From Burkholderiales bacterium (GTDB lineage Bacteria > Pseudomonadota > Gammaproteobacteria > Burkholderiales > JACMKV01), in NCBI GenBank assembly GCA_014379915.1, contig JACMKV010000022.1, forward strand, positions 1 to 29,490: a DNA stretch of 29,490 bases, read 5' to 3'. Under the pieces are notes generated by a model that had not been told where the DNA came from, searched no databases, and saw only the letters and a list, made by a program, of their open reading frames with translations. Below are positions 7,701 to 18,500 of this stretch, one piece after another. A program made the position numbers and the translations under genes. The stretch's first letter is position 1, and each line of letters starts with the position of its first letter.

Positions 7701-8840
7701 GTGAAAAATAAAGGCTTAGCCGTCTCGCTGTTTGCAGGATTATTCAGCTTATCCTTGCAAGCCGCGGCGGACGTTGGCGTCACCGATCAAACCGTAATCA
7801 TTGGCCAATCGGCCGCTTTCAGCGGCCCCGCTGCCGAGCTCGGCAACGAGATGAAAAAGGGCGCACAGGCTTATTTCGATCTCGTCAACGGCGACGGCGG
7901 AGTACTCGGCCGGAAAATCGAACTGGTATCGCTCGACGATGGCTACGAACCGGCGCGCGCTGCGGAAAACACCAGGAAGCTGATCAACGACAAACAGGTT
8001 TTCGCGCTGTTCGGCTACGTCGGGACGCCGACCAGCAATGCCGCATTGCCGATCTTCACGGAAGCCAAAGTACCTTTCTTTGGCGCCTTCACCGGCGCCG
8101 CCTCCCTGCGCGAACCGCTGAACCGCTATATCTTCAACGTCCGCGCGAGCTACTACGACGAGACGGAAAAAATCGTCGAGCAGCTGGTTTCGACCGGCAT
8201 CAAGAACATCGCCGTGTTCTACCAGGACGACGCCTATGGCAAAGCCGGTCTGACCGGTGTCGAAAAGGCGATGAAGAAGCGCGGTTTACCGATCAGCGCA
8301 CTTGGCACCGTCGAGCGCAACACGGTCAACGTCGGCACGGCGGTACAGGCGATCAGCGCCGCGAAGCCGGACGCCGTGATCATGGTTAGTGCGTACAAAT
8401 CGTGCGGCGAATTCATCCGCCAGGCGAAGAAAGCCGGCAGCACGGCGCAGTTCTTCAACGTTTCGTTCGTCGGCAGCAATGCGCTTGCCGCCGATCTCGG
8501 GACGGTCGGCTCGGGTGTCGCGATTTCCCAGGTCGTGCCTTTTCCGTGGAGCCCGAGTGTCGCGATCGTCAGGGAATACCAGAAAACCATGGCGCAGTTC
8601 GCGCCGAAAAGCGCTTACTCGTTCAGCAGTCTCGAAGGCTTTATCGCCGCCAAGGTATTCGTCGAAGGCTTGAGGCGTACCGGTAAGGATTTGACGCGCG
8701 AGAAATTCATCGCCGCACTGGAAAAAACCAGTGATCTCGATCTCGGTGGATTCCACGTCAGCTTCTCGCCAAGCAAGCACGACGCGTCCAAATACGTCGA
8801 TTTGACGATCATCGGCAAAAACGGCAGTTTTTTTCATTAA
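7701..8840 (+). CDS. Type I periplasmic (Leu/Ile/Val-binding-like) substrate-binding protein, orphan
   Basis: GTG 7701 after GGAGG, signal peptide, IIGQSAAFSGPAAELG, LDDGYEPARA, FALFGYVGTPT, FNVRASYYDE. No permease or ATPase gene in the window. Confidence 0.92.
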   Translation: MKNKGLAVSLFAGLFSLSLQAAADVGVTDQTVIIGQSAAFSGPAAELGNEMKKGAQAYFDLVNGDGGVLGRKIELVSLDDGYEPARAAENTRKLINDKQVFALFGYVGTPTSNAALPIFTEAKVPFFGAFTGAASLREPLNRYIFNVRASYYDETEKIVEQLVSTGIKNIAVFYQDDAYGKAGLTGVEKAMKKRGLPISALGTVERNTVNVGTAVQAISAAKPDAVIMVSAYKSCGEFIRQAKKAGSTAQFFNVSFVGSNALAADLGTVGSGVAISQVVPFPWSPSVAIVREYQKTMAQFAPKSAYSFSSLEGFIAAKVFVEGLRRTGKDLTREKFIAALEKTSDLDLGGFHVSFSPSKHDASKYVDLTIIGKNGSFFH

Positions 8841-8973
8841 CACAATGGTTTTGACGGCGGACGACAAAGCTGGTTAGCAAATTGATTTCTCCAATGCTAG
8901 TTATGTTTTGTGCAAGCGAAACAGCGTAAGCTGGCGCGTCTAAAGTAATTTCTACCAGGGAGCAGGCGGGAAA

Positions 8974-9381
8974 GTGAAAGACGGCGTGAACCAATTCGAT
9001 TTGAAGGGGCTGAAAGTGATGGTGATAGACGATAGCAACACCATCCGTCGAAGCGCCGAAATTTTCCTGCTGCAAGTCGGCTGTCAGGTAATCCTGGCCG
9101 AAGACGGCTTCGATGCGCTGGCCAAGATCACCGATCACCAGCCTGACGTGATTTTTGTCGACATCATGATGCCGCGCCTCGACGGTTATCAGGCGTGCGC
9201 GCTGATCAAGAAAAACCCGAAATTCAAATCCACACCGGTCATCATGCTGTCGAGCAAGGATGGCTTGTTCGACCGGGCACGCGGCCGCATGGTCGGCTCC
9301 GACGAATACCTGACCAAGCCTTTTACCAAAGATAGCCTGCTGAAGACCGTAGGGTTCCACGCACAGAAAAAAGTCGCTTAA
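8974..9381 (+). CDS. pilG: Twitching motility response regulator PilG
   Basis: KVMVIDDSNTIRRSAE, FVDIMMPRLDGYQACALIK, MLSSKDGLFDRARGRMVGSDEYLTKPF. First gene of the Chp cluster. Start could be GTG 8986. Confidence 0.95.
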   Translation: MKDGVNQFDLKGLKVMVIDDSNTIRRSAEIFLLQVGCQVILAEDGFDALAKITDHQPDVIFVDIMMPRLDGYQACALIKKNPKFKSTPVIMLSSKDGLFDRARGRMVGSDEYLTKPFTKDSLLKTVGFHAQKKVA

Positions 9382-9398
9382 CGTAATAGAGGTTAAAT

Positions 9399-9764
9399 AT
9401 GCCCATCAGCAAAGTTCTGGTCGTCGATGATTCGCCAACCGAGCGTCATTTTCTGGTCGATCTGCTGACCAAAAACGGCTACCAGGTTTCGACTGCCGAA
9501 AACGCCGAAGAAGCCCTGACCAAGACCAAGGAAGTAAAGCCCGACCTGATCCTGATGGACGTCGTGCTGCCGGGACAAAACGGCTTTCACGCCACCCGCG
9601 CCCTCTCTCGAGATGATGAAACCAAGCATATTCCGGTCATCATATGCACGTCCAAAGGCCAGGAAACAGACAAGATCTGGGGGATGCGGCAGGGCGCCAA
9701 AGACTATATGGTCAAGCCTATCGATCAAGCCAAGCTGCTTGCCAAGATTTCGGCTCTCGCCTAA
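9399..9764 (+). CDS. pilH: Twitching motility response regulator PilH
   Basis: VLVVDDSPTE, ILMDVVLPGQNGFHATR, TSKGQETDKIWGMRQGA; lies directly after pilG. Confidence 0.95.
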   Translation: MPISKVLVVDDSPTERHFLVDLLTKNGYQVSTAENAEEALTKTKEVKPDLILMDVVLPGQNGFHATRALSRDDETKHIPVIICTSKGQETDKIWGMRQGAKDYMVKPIDQAKLLAKISALA

Positions 9765-9776
9765 TGGGTCCTGTCC

Positions 9777-10292
9777 ATGGCTAAGCGAGTCAGTCTGCGC
9801 GAATATCAGCAAAGCTTAGTCACGCGCTTGCGGGCGGTTACCGATGCGCCTGCGGCGCCGATTTCCCTGCTCGGCCTGCAGGTCGGTCGCGATAACTGGC
9901 TGGTCGAACTCAGCGATGCCGGGGAAGTCTTGCCGCTGCCAAGTTTCATTCCGGTGCCCTTGACCCGCAGCTGGTATTGCGGCGTCGCCAACGTGCGCGG
10001 CAATTTGCACAGCATCGTCGATCTGGCGGCCTTTATCGGCGATACACCAACCCAGCCCACCGTCGACAGCCGGGTTTTACTGGTCGGCCAGAAATTCGGC
10101 GTCAATTGCGGGATTCTGGTCAGCCGCATGCTTGGTCTGCGCAAACCCGGGCAACTCACACGCAAAGAGCGAACTTCGATCGATCGCCCTTGGGTCAAGG
10201 GGCAATATCTCGACGACGACGGCGCGTTGTGGACTGAATTGGCGATGCGCGAATTGGTGCAGCACCCGGATTTTTTACAGGTCGGACTTTAG
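9777..10292 (+). CDS. pilI: CheW-like coupling protein PilI
   Basis: VPLTRSWYCGVANVRGNLHSIVDL CheW motif; lies between pilH and pilJ. Confidence 0.92.
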   Translation: MAKRVSLREYQQSLVTRLRAVTDAPAAPISLLGLQVGRDNWLVELSDAGEVLPLPSFIPVPLTRSWYCGVANVRGNLHSIVDLAAFIGDTPTQPTVDSRVLLVGQKFGVNCGILVSRMLGLRKPGQLTRKERTSIDRPWVKGQYLDDDGALWTELAMRELVQHPDFLQVGL

Positions 10293-10329
10293 AACAGCGA
10301 GACCGCAGCAACGCTCACAGGAGAAGTAA

Positions 10330-12513
10330 ATGGTGTCCATTCTTTCCGGCTTCCGGTTTCCGGTGATCGGTTCAAAAAAACGAGCAGCGAGATCAGCGGG
10401 GACCGCTGACACCCAGGATCCGAACTACGATCCGATGCAGACCATCTCCATCACGGATGATTTGCAGCCGAAAGAGATCGAAGCCGGGCCATCGCGCCTG
10501 CCGCTGGTCGGAAATTTGCCGATCACTAAACAGTTTCAAATACTAGGCGCTTTGCTGTTGTTACTTCTGGTGCTTGGCGCCCTGATGATCTTCATCCACG
10601 ACAGGCGCCAGGTGCTCGGCGGGGTCCGTGACGCGACGGCGAACGAGATGAAAATGCTGTCGCAGCGCCTTGCAAAAAGCGCGCAGCAGGCAGTTAACGG
10701 CAATCCCCGCGGCTTCGACCATCTGCAGGAAAGTCGCGACGAGTTCGCCAATAGCCTCGACCTCCTGATCAACGGCGGGCAACACCTCGGGACGCAGTTG
10801 TCGGCCTCGCCCGACGCCGCCCAAAATGCGTTGCGCGAGATCAAAGAACAATGGCAGCCGCTGGAAAATCAGGCGAGCCTGATTCTTGCCGAAAAAAACA
10901 GCCTGATCAACCTCGGCAAAAGTGTTGCGGCAATCAACGCGAGCAACACGCCGCTGCTCGAACTCGCCGACGAGGTGGCAAGCCTGATCGCTCAAAACGG
11001 CGGGGCACCGCGTGCTATCGCGGTTGCCAACCAGCTGACCATGCTGACCCAGAAGCTGGCCAAGAACGCCAATGCGCTGCTGTCGGGCGAGACGATCGAT
11101 CCGGAAGTTGCCTTCCTGCTGGCGAAAGACACCAATGTATTCCGCGCCAACCTGCAGGGCCTGCTGAATGGCAGTGAAGAACTCAGGTTGAGCCCGGTTA
11201 GCGCCCCGGAAGCGCGCGATCGCCTGGTCGCCCTGCAGGCGCTGTTCAAGGAGTTCGAAGGCAACGTCAATTCCATTCTGCAGAACATGCAGAAACTGGT
11301 TTCGACCAAACAGGCCGGGCAGAACATCTACGTCGGCAGCGAAAACCTGCTGAAAAGCACGCAGGCGGTCGCGGAAGTCTATAGCGGACAGTTGCGTGAT
11401 CGCGGCACGGCAATCGCCGCCGCGGTGTTTGGCATACTGACGCTAATCACCGTGTTACTCCTGGGTAAAGTAATTATCGATGATGCGCGCGGCCGTTCCT
11501 CAGAAAGCGAACGCGAAAACCAGCGCAATCAGGAAGCGATCCTGCGATTGCTGAACGAATTGGGCGACCTCGCCGACGGCGACTTGACTGTCACTGCGAA
11601 AGTGACTGAAGACGTGACCGGCGCGATCGCCGATTCGATCAACTTCACGATTGAGGAATTGCGTACGCTGGTGACAGGAATCAACAAGACCACGGAGCAA
11701 GTCACCTTGGCCTCAAGCGCTGCGCAGGATATTTCCAGGCAGCTGCTCGAAGCAGCACACAAACAGTCGAACGAGATCAAGGAAACCACCTCTTCGGTGC
11801 TGCACATGGCGCATTCGATCAACGACGTTTCGGTCAGCGCGGCGGAATCCGCGAAAGTTGCCGAGCGCTCGCTGAATGCGGCTGAAAGAGGCGCATCGGC
11901 GGTGCAAAAGACGATTTCCGGCATGAACGAAATTCGCGAGCAGATTCAGGAAACCTCGAAGCGGGTCAAGCGCCTCGGCGAATCGTCGCAGGAAATCGGC
12001 GAAATCGTCGAACTGATTTCGGACATTACCGCACAGACCAACGTGCTGGCGTTGAACGCGGCGATTCAGGCGGCCTCGGCCGGTGAGGCGGGGCGCGGCT
12101 TCACTGTCGTTGCGGAAGAGGTGCAGAGGCTTGCGGAACGCTCCGGCGAAGCGACCAAGCAGATCGGCGCGATCGTGAAAACGATTCAAACCGATACCCA
12201 GGACGCCGTCGCGGCGATGGAAAAAAGTACCCAGGGTGTGGTCGAAGGCGCGAAGCTGTCCGACGCCGCGGGTCAGACGCTGCATGAAATCGGCGAGGTT
12301 TCGAAAAACCTCGCACAGCTCGCATCCCGGATTTCGACGGCGACTCAGGCCCAGGCCGATTCAGCCGACAAAGTTTCGAAAAACATGCAGGAAATCCTGC
12401 GCATTACCGACCAGACGACGCAAGGCACTCAGCAGACCGCAGTCTCGATTGGACAACTGACTGATCTCGCGGCCGAACTGAAAGGCTCGGTATCGGGCTT
12501 CAAGTTGGGTTAA
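10330..12513 (+). CDS. pilJ: Methyl-accepting chemotaxis protein PilJ
   Basis: Two TM segments flanking a periplasmic region with repeated MLSQRLAK/MLTQKLAK helices, HAMP (LADGDLTV...GAIADSIN) and signalling hairpin QTNVLALNAAIQAASAGEAGRGFTVVAEEVQRLAERS. Confidence 0.96.
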   Translation: MVSILSGFRFPVIGSKKRAARSAGTADTQDPNYDPMQTISITDDLQPKEIEAGPSRLPLVGNLPITKQFQILGALLLLLLVLGALMIFIHDRRQVLGGVRDATANEMKMLSQRLAKSAQQAVNGNPRGFDHLQESRDEFANSLDLLINGGQHLGTQLSASPDAAQNALREIKEQWQPLENQASLILAEKNSLINLGKSVAAINASNTPLLELADEVASLIAQNGGAPRAIAVANQLTMLTQKLAKNANALLSGETIDPEVAFLLAKDTNVFRANLQGLLNGSEELRLSPVSAPEARDRLVALQALFKEFEGNVNSILQNMQKLVSTKQAGQNIYVGSENLLKSTQAVAEVYSGQLRDRGTAIAAAVFGILTLITVLLLGKVIIDDARGRSSESERENQRNQEAILRLLNELGDLADGDLTVTAKVTEDVTGAIADSINFTIEELRTLVTGINKTTEQVTLASSAAQDISRQLLEAAHKQSNEIKETTSSVLHMAHSINDVSVSAAESAKVAERSLNAAERGASAVQKTISGMNEIREQIQETSKRVKRLGESSQEIGEIVELISDITAQTNVLALNAAIQAASAGEAGRGFTVVAEEVQRLAERSGEATKQIGAIVKTIQTDTQDAVAAMEKSTQGVVEGAKLSDAAGQTLHEIGEVSKNLAQLASRISTATQAQADSADKVSKNMQEILRITDQTTQGTQQTAVSIGQLTDLAAELKGSVSGFKLG

Positions 12514-12558
12514 CCGACTTCGTCTTAATAAACCAGCTCGCCTAGAGCCTAAGAGATT

Positions 12559-15500
12559 ATGAGCGCCGTAAAAGAATTCGATGTCGGACCCTTGACCTGG
12601 GTCAAAAGTGAGATCGATCAGGCGCTGGAACGCGCGCGATCGAGCCTCGTCCAGTTTGCTGAAAACCCTTCCGATGGCGCTGCCCTGAAATTCTGCCTGA
12701 CGCATCTGCACCAGGTGACAGGTGCCTTGCAGATGGTCGGACTCGACGGGCTTGCGCGTTTTTCAGAAGAGTTTGAAAGTACTCTGGCGGCGCTCGAGAA
12801 ACATGAGATCGAAATGACTCCTGCCAGCCTCACGCTGTTCAATCGCGCCATCGCGGCTTTGACTCGCTACCTGGAAGATCTCATCAGCGGCGAACCGAAC
12901 GTGCCCTTGCGCCTGTTTCCGCTTTACCGGGAACTGTTTATGGTCCGCGGCAGCGCGCTGGCTTCGGAAACTGACTTGTTCTTCCCTGATCTCGGAGCGC
13001 AGGCGCCGAAATTGAGCAGCAGCGATCTGCTTAACCAGGGCGCCAATCTGGTGCAGTTCGTGAAAATCCAGCGTAGCGCTTTTCAGCGCGGCTTACTGCG
13101 CTGGCTGCGCGATTCGGAGGACGCCGACGCCAAGCATGCGATGCTCGAGGCGGTGCGCGCCATTGAAGGCACGCAGCCGCTGCCCGCGCAGCGTTCGTTT
13201 TGGTGGAGTGCTGTCGGCCTCATCGATGCGCTGGTTCACCACGGCCTCGAGCCTGATTTCGAGCTGAAACGGTTATGTGCGCGTATCGATTTGCAGGTGC
13301 GCCGGCTCGGTTCCGGCTCACCGAAAGTCGCGGAGCGCCTGCTGCGCGATGTGCTTTATTCGATCGCCCGCAGCAAACCGTCGAGCGGACGCGCAGAAGA
13401 AATCAAGCGGCTTTTCCAGCTTGACCGGCATTTGCCGCCAGCCGGCGTGAATAGCTTGGTCGAAGTCGATCTGGTCAAGATGCGACCGATTTTACGCGAA
13501 CTGCGCGAGATCCTGACCAGCGCCAAAGACGCGTGGACCAAATGCACTTCGGGCAACCGGCCGGCTTTGGCGCAATTCGTCGAGGCGTTGGCCAGGCTCA
13601 AGCAGAAATCTTCCGATCTGAGTGCGCCGCTGTTGAAACTGCTCGACGTCATGCAGCCGATCGCGGCTGACATGGAATCGGTCAACGATTCGCGGCGAGA
13701 CGAGCTTGGACTGGAAATCGCAACCGCCCTCCTCGTCGTCGAGAACGCGCTCGACAATATCACCAACCCCAAGGCCGACATCGCCCGGCAGGTCGGCGTA
13801 ATGGTCGGCCGTCTGCGCTCGGCGGTCGGCGGCAAAGCCCGCGATGATGACTTGCTGACCCAGCCGGTGCTTGACGAGATCAGCCGGAAAGCGCAGGAAA
13901 AACTGCTGGTCGCCCAGGTCGTCCGCGAAATCCAGAGCAATTTGCGGCACATCGAGCAGGTGCTAGATACTTTCTTCCGCGATCCGGCCAAACGCGACGC
14001 GCTGCCGGGCTTGCAGCCTTTCCTTAAGCAGGTCGCCGGCGCGCTGGCGATTCTGCGGCTCGAAGAAGCGACTGAACTGTTAAACGCCTGCCAGGCCTTG
14101 ATCAATAAAGCCGCCAACCCTGCTCATGAGGTCGCGCAGGCCGAACTGGAGCTTCTCGCCGACGGTCTTAGCAGCCTCGGTTTCTATATCGAGGCCATCG
14201 AACATAATCCGTCGGAACCGCTGAAGATTATCGCGCCGGTTTTTTCCCGTCTTACCGGAAAAACCTTGAGCGGCCCTGACATCACGCAAACGATTGAGTT
14301 GCCCGGCAATGAAGAGGATAGCGAGGCGCAAGCCGCCGTCAGCGTCGAATCCGATCTGGCAATCTCGAAACAGCAGACCCAGGCGTTATTCGAAGCCTGG
14401 CAGCAGCAGCCCGAGGATACCGTTGTGCGCGAGGAGCTGCAGAACCAGCTCGAGTCGATGCGCCAGGATGCGGATTTGGTCGCCGACAAAGGTCTGCATG
14501 AGCGAACCGCAGCTGCGCTCAACCTGCTGAACACTGCTGAAAACGGTCAGCCCGGACTTGCGGAGGCTATTTCCCGGATTACCGCGCCGAAAGTCGCGGC
14601 CGTCGCGCCGTCCGCACAAGCGACACGGTTGCTGGTTGCGAGCAGCGACGCGGTCGACGCCGAGTTGCTCGAAATTTATCTCGAAGAAGCCGCCGAGGTT
14701 CTTGCGACCATCGAGGAAAATCTTGCGATTTGCCGCGCCCAGCCTCACCAACGCGATGCGATAACGACGATACGGCGCGGCTTCCACACCTTGAAGGGCA
14801 GCGGCCGCATGGTCGGCCTGATGCAATTGGGTGAGATCGGTTGGAGTGTAGAGCAGGTGATGAACGAGTGGCAGCAGCAGGACAAGCTGCCAAACGCCGC
14901 GCTTTTCAATCTGATCGCCCTCGCGCACGACTCGTTCGCCGTCTGGGTGACCAAGCTGAAGAATGCAGGCAGCGTCGAAATCGAAGCACAGCCGATACAC
15001 GACCTTGCGGCACAACTCCGCGACGGCGTCGAACCCGCCGCCGTGGCAGTCGCTACTCATGCTCCGATCGCCTCGCCTGCCGTGGTATTTGCTCCCGCTG
15101 CGGCTGTTACTTCTGCTGCGGCTTTTGCTCGTGCTGAGGCTGTTGCTCCCGCTGTAGCGATTGTGGCTGCTGCCGCCGTTTCCGCGGCGCCAAGTCTGGA
15201 GGAATACACTGCAAAAAAGCTGAATGCGGGGCCCGCCGCTGAAGCTGAAGATATTCAAACTGACTACGCCGCAGGTGAAGTAACAGTAACCGAGATCGCG
15301 CCGCAGCTGTTCGCTACACCGGAAACTGCGGACCAGCCGGTCGAAGCTTCCACGCCAGACCCCGAGCCGGAGCCACTCGCGACTGACATTCAGATCGGCG
15401 ACATCGTGATGTCGGCCGAGTTATATGAAATTTTTATGAAGGAAGCAGAGCAGCATCTCGTTACGCTGGAGCGCGAAGCCGCGAAGCTGCACGAGCTTCC

Positions 15501-18500
15501 ACAACAGCCGATCGCGTACGACTTCATGCGCGCTGCTCATACATTGGCCGGCATCTCCCGCACTGCGGGTGTCGCCGCAGTCGTGGAAACCGCGTGCGCT
15601 CTGGAATTGTATTTGCAGGAATTGACCGATCAACCGGTCGCGCAGAACACTGCCCAAATCACCGTCATCGATAACGCGGTAATAGTATTACGGGCAATGA
15701 TGCACGCCCTGAGCGAACGACGCGCCCCCGAGGGCGCTGACCCCGAAATGCAGGAATTGCGCGGTCAACTTGCGGTAGCGCGTGAGCAGCATCGGCCGGC
15801 CAAGAGAGCGTCGGCGGCGAAAGCACCAGAGCATGAGATCGACATAATACGGGAGGTGCCAACGGCAGACGCTGAACAAAATCCGCTCGATCTCGCGGCG
15901 TCAGATCTCGTCTCTCCTGATTTCTTATCAGCCGACCTTTCGACGGACGATTCGGTTTCGTCCGAGACGCCGCCGGCTGAATTGGCTTCGGCCGACTTGT
16001 CCGAAATCGATCTGACGGCGATCGACATGCCCGCAAGCGGTCAAACGAGCGAGCTACCGGCCCTTGATCTACCCGCGCTGGATCTCCTCAGTCCTTCAGC
16101 AGAAGCAACGCAAAGCGCTTCCGAAATCTCGGCCACGGAACAACACCTACACGACAGCACGGCGGCAAAAACGTCGATGGACGCATATCCAACCGCAGCG
16201 GAAAGCGAGAGGGCGGCCTCCGAATCCGAGCCAGTTTGGCCCGTTGCGGAAGCGTTGCCTGAACAACCCGCTGCACTGGCTCCAGTCGCAGAATCGCCGG
16301 TGATGGAGCCAGCAGGCGAGCCAATGGCAGAGCAAAGCGTGCCCGAGGTCATGATTGACAAAGCGCCGCTGCCACGGCTCGGGCCTGCCGAAGGCGCGCC
16401 GGCAATAGTCGAGCGGCGTGTCGTGCGCGACGACATCGACGTGCAGCTGCTGCCGATCTTTATCGAGGAAGCGGCCGACCTGGTCCCACAGATCGGCAGC
16501 GATCTGCGCGCGTGGAAGAGCGATCCGGCGAATACACAAGCGCCGCTAGCCCTGCGTCGCGCATTGCATACCCTGAAGGGCGGCGCGCGCATGGCCGGGG
16601 CGATGCGGCTCGGTGAGCTCACGCACTACATGGAGTCGCAGGTCGACCATGCGCTCGCAACGAGCGCCGGCGCGCCTACGCTATTCGACGACCTGGAATC
16701 CGAGTTTGATCGCGTCAACGACGCCATCGAGCGCTTGCAACGCAACGATTTCCTGGTCGTCGCAGCAGCGCCGGCTGCTCGCGCAGCGAATGCGCCGCCC
16801 CCGACCGCCGCTACGGCGGCCGAAGCCCAAATCATCCCGATCGCGCCGCTTGCCCGCGAAGCTGATCACGTTTCCGCCAGGGCCCTGCTGCGCGTTCGCG
16901 CCGACATCGTGGATCGCCTCGTTAACGACGCGGGCGAAGTCAGTATTGCGCGTTCCCGCATCGATGGCGAAGTTCGTTCTTTCAAGCACGGCCTGAACGA
17001 ATTGACCGACAGCGTATTGCGTCTTCGCGGCCAGTTGCGCGAAGTCGAAATCCAGGCCGAATCCCAGCTGCAATCGCGGCTGACGGCGTTGAACCAGGAA
17101 GACGATGCCTTCGATCCCCTCGAATTCGACCGCTTTACGCGCTTCCAGGAATTGACTCGGCTGATGGCCGAAAGCCTGCACGACGTGACGACCGTGCAGC
17201 AGACATTGCTGAAAAGTCTTGATGAAGCCGACGCCGCGCTATTGCAGCAGGCGCGCATGAATCGTGAATTGCAGCAGGAGCTGATGAGGATTCGCACGGT
17301 TCCGTTTTCGAGCTTGTCCGAACGGCTGTATCGCATCATGCGGCTGACGGCAAAAGAGCTGGGCAAGAAGGCCAACCTCGAAATTCGCGGCGGCAATGTC
17401 GAACTCGACCGAAGTGTGCTCGAAAAAATCGGGGCGCCGCTCGAACACATGCTGCGCAATGCGATTGCCCACGGTCTCGAAGATGCCGGTTCACGAACGG
17501 CGGCCGGAAAAACCGAAATCGGTGAGATCACACTCGACGTTCGCCAGCACGCAAACGAAATTCTGATCGTCTTGAGCGATGACGGCCGAGGTCTGGATCT
17601 CGCACGGATACGCGGGAAAGTCGAAGCGGCGGGTTTGCTGCAACGGGATACCGAAGCTACCGAAACCCAGTTGATGGAATTCATCTTCATGCCGGGCTTC
17701 TCGACTGCCGAGGAAATAACACAGACGTCGGGGCGCGGCATAGGCATGGAAGTCGCCCGCAACGAAATCGCCACGCTGGGGGGGCGAGTTGAGGTTGCAT
17801 CTCAAGCCGGCAAGGGCACGACGTTTTCGATCTATCTACCTCTGACCTTGGCCGTTACCCAGATCGTTTTGATACGAGTCGGCACGCGGCATTACGCGGT
17901 CCCTTCGTCGATGATCGAGCAGGTCCAGGAGCTGAAGGCGCCCGCGCTGGCCGTAGCTTACAAGGACAACAAGATCGAGTGGCACGGCAACAGTTATCCG
18001 TTCCACTACCTGCCCAGACTGCTTGGCGATATGGATCTGTTGCCCGAGGCTATGCGCTACAGCCCGATTCTTTTGCTGAAGAGCGGCGCCCAGCGCGTGG
18101 CAATCCATGTCGACGGTTTGATCGGCAATCAGGAAATCGTCGTCAAGAACATCGGGCCGCAACTCGCACGCGTGGCCGGCATCGCGGGCGCGACCGTGCT
18201 CGGTAATGGCGCGGTAGTCTTGATCATCAACCCGGTTCAGCTTGCGCAGCGCGACATGCTGCACATTGCCTACCCTGGCAGAACTCCTGCATTAGCCGCA
18301 AATGCGGAAAAAGCCACGGTCGTCGCGCCGCTCATCATGGTCGTCGATGATTCGCTGACCGTGCGCAAGGTTACCGGGCGGCTGCTTGCCCGCGAAGGCT
18401 ATCAAGTAGTGACGGCGAAAGACGGTGTCGACGCGCTCAAGCAATTACAGGACATGACGCCCGACGTCATGCTGGTCGATATTGAAATGCCGAGGATGGA

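Noticed and set aside
8875-8899. TAGCA-N15-TGCTA imperfect inverted repeat upstream of pilG
   Set aside because: Only 5 bp match perfectly in an AT-rich spacer; this could arise by chance and matches no consensus I can name.
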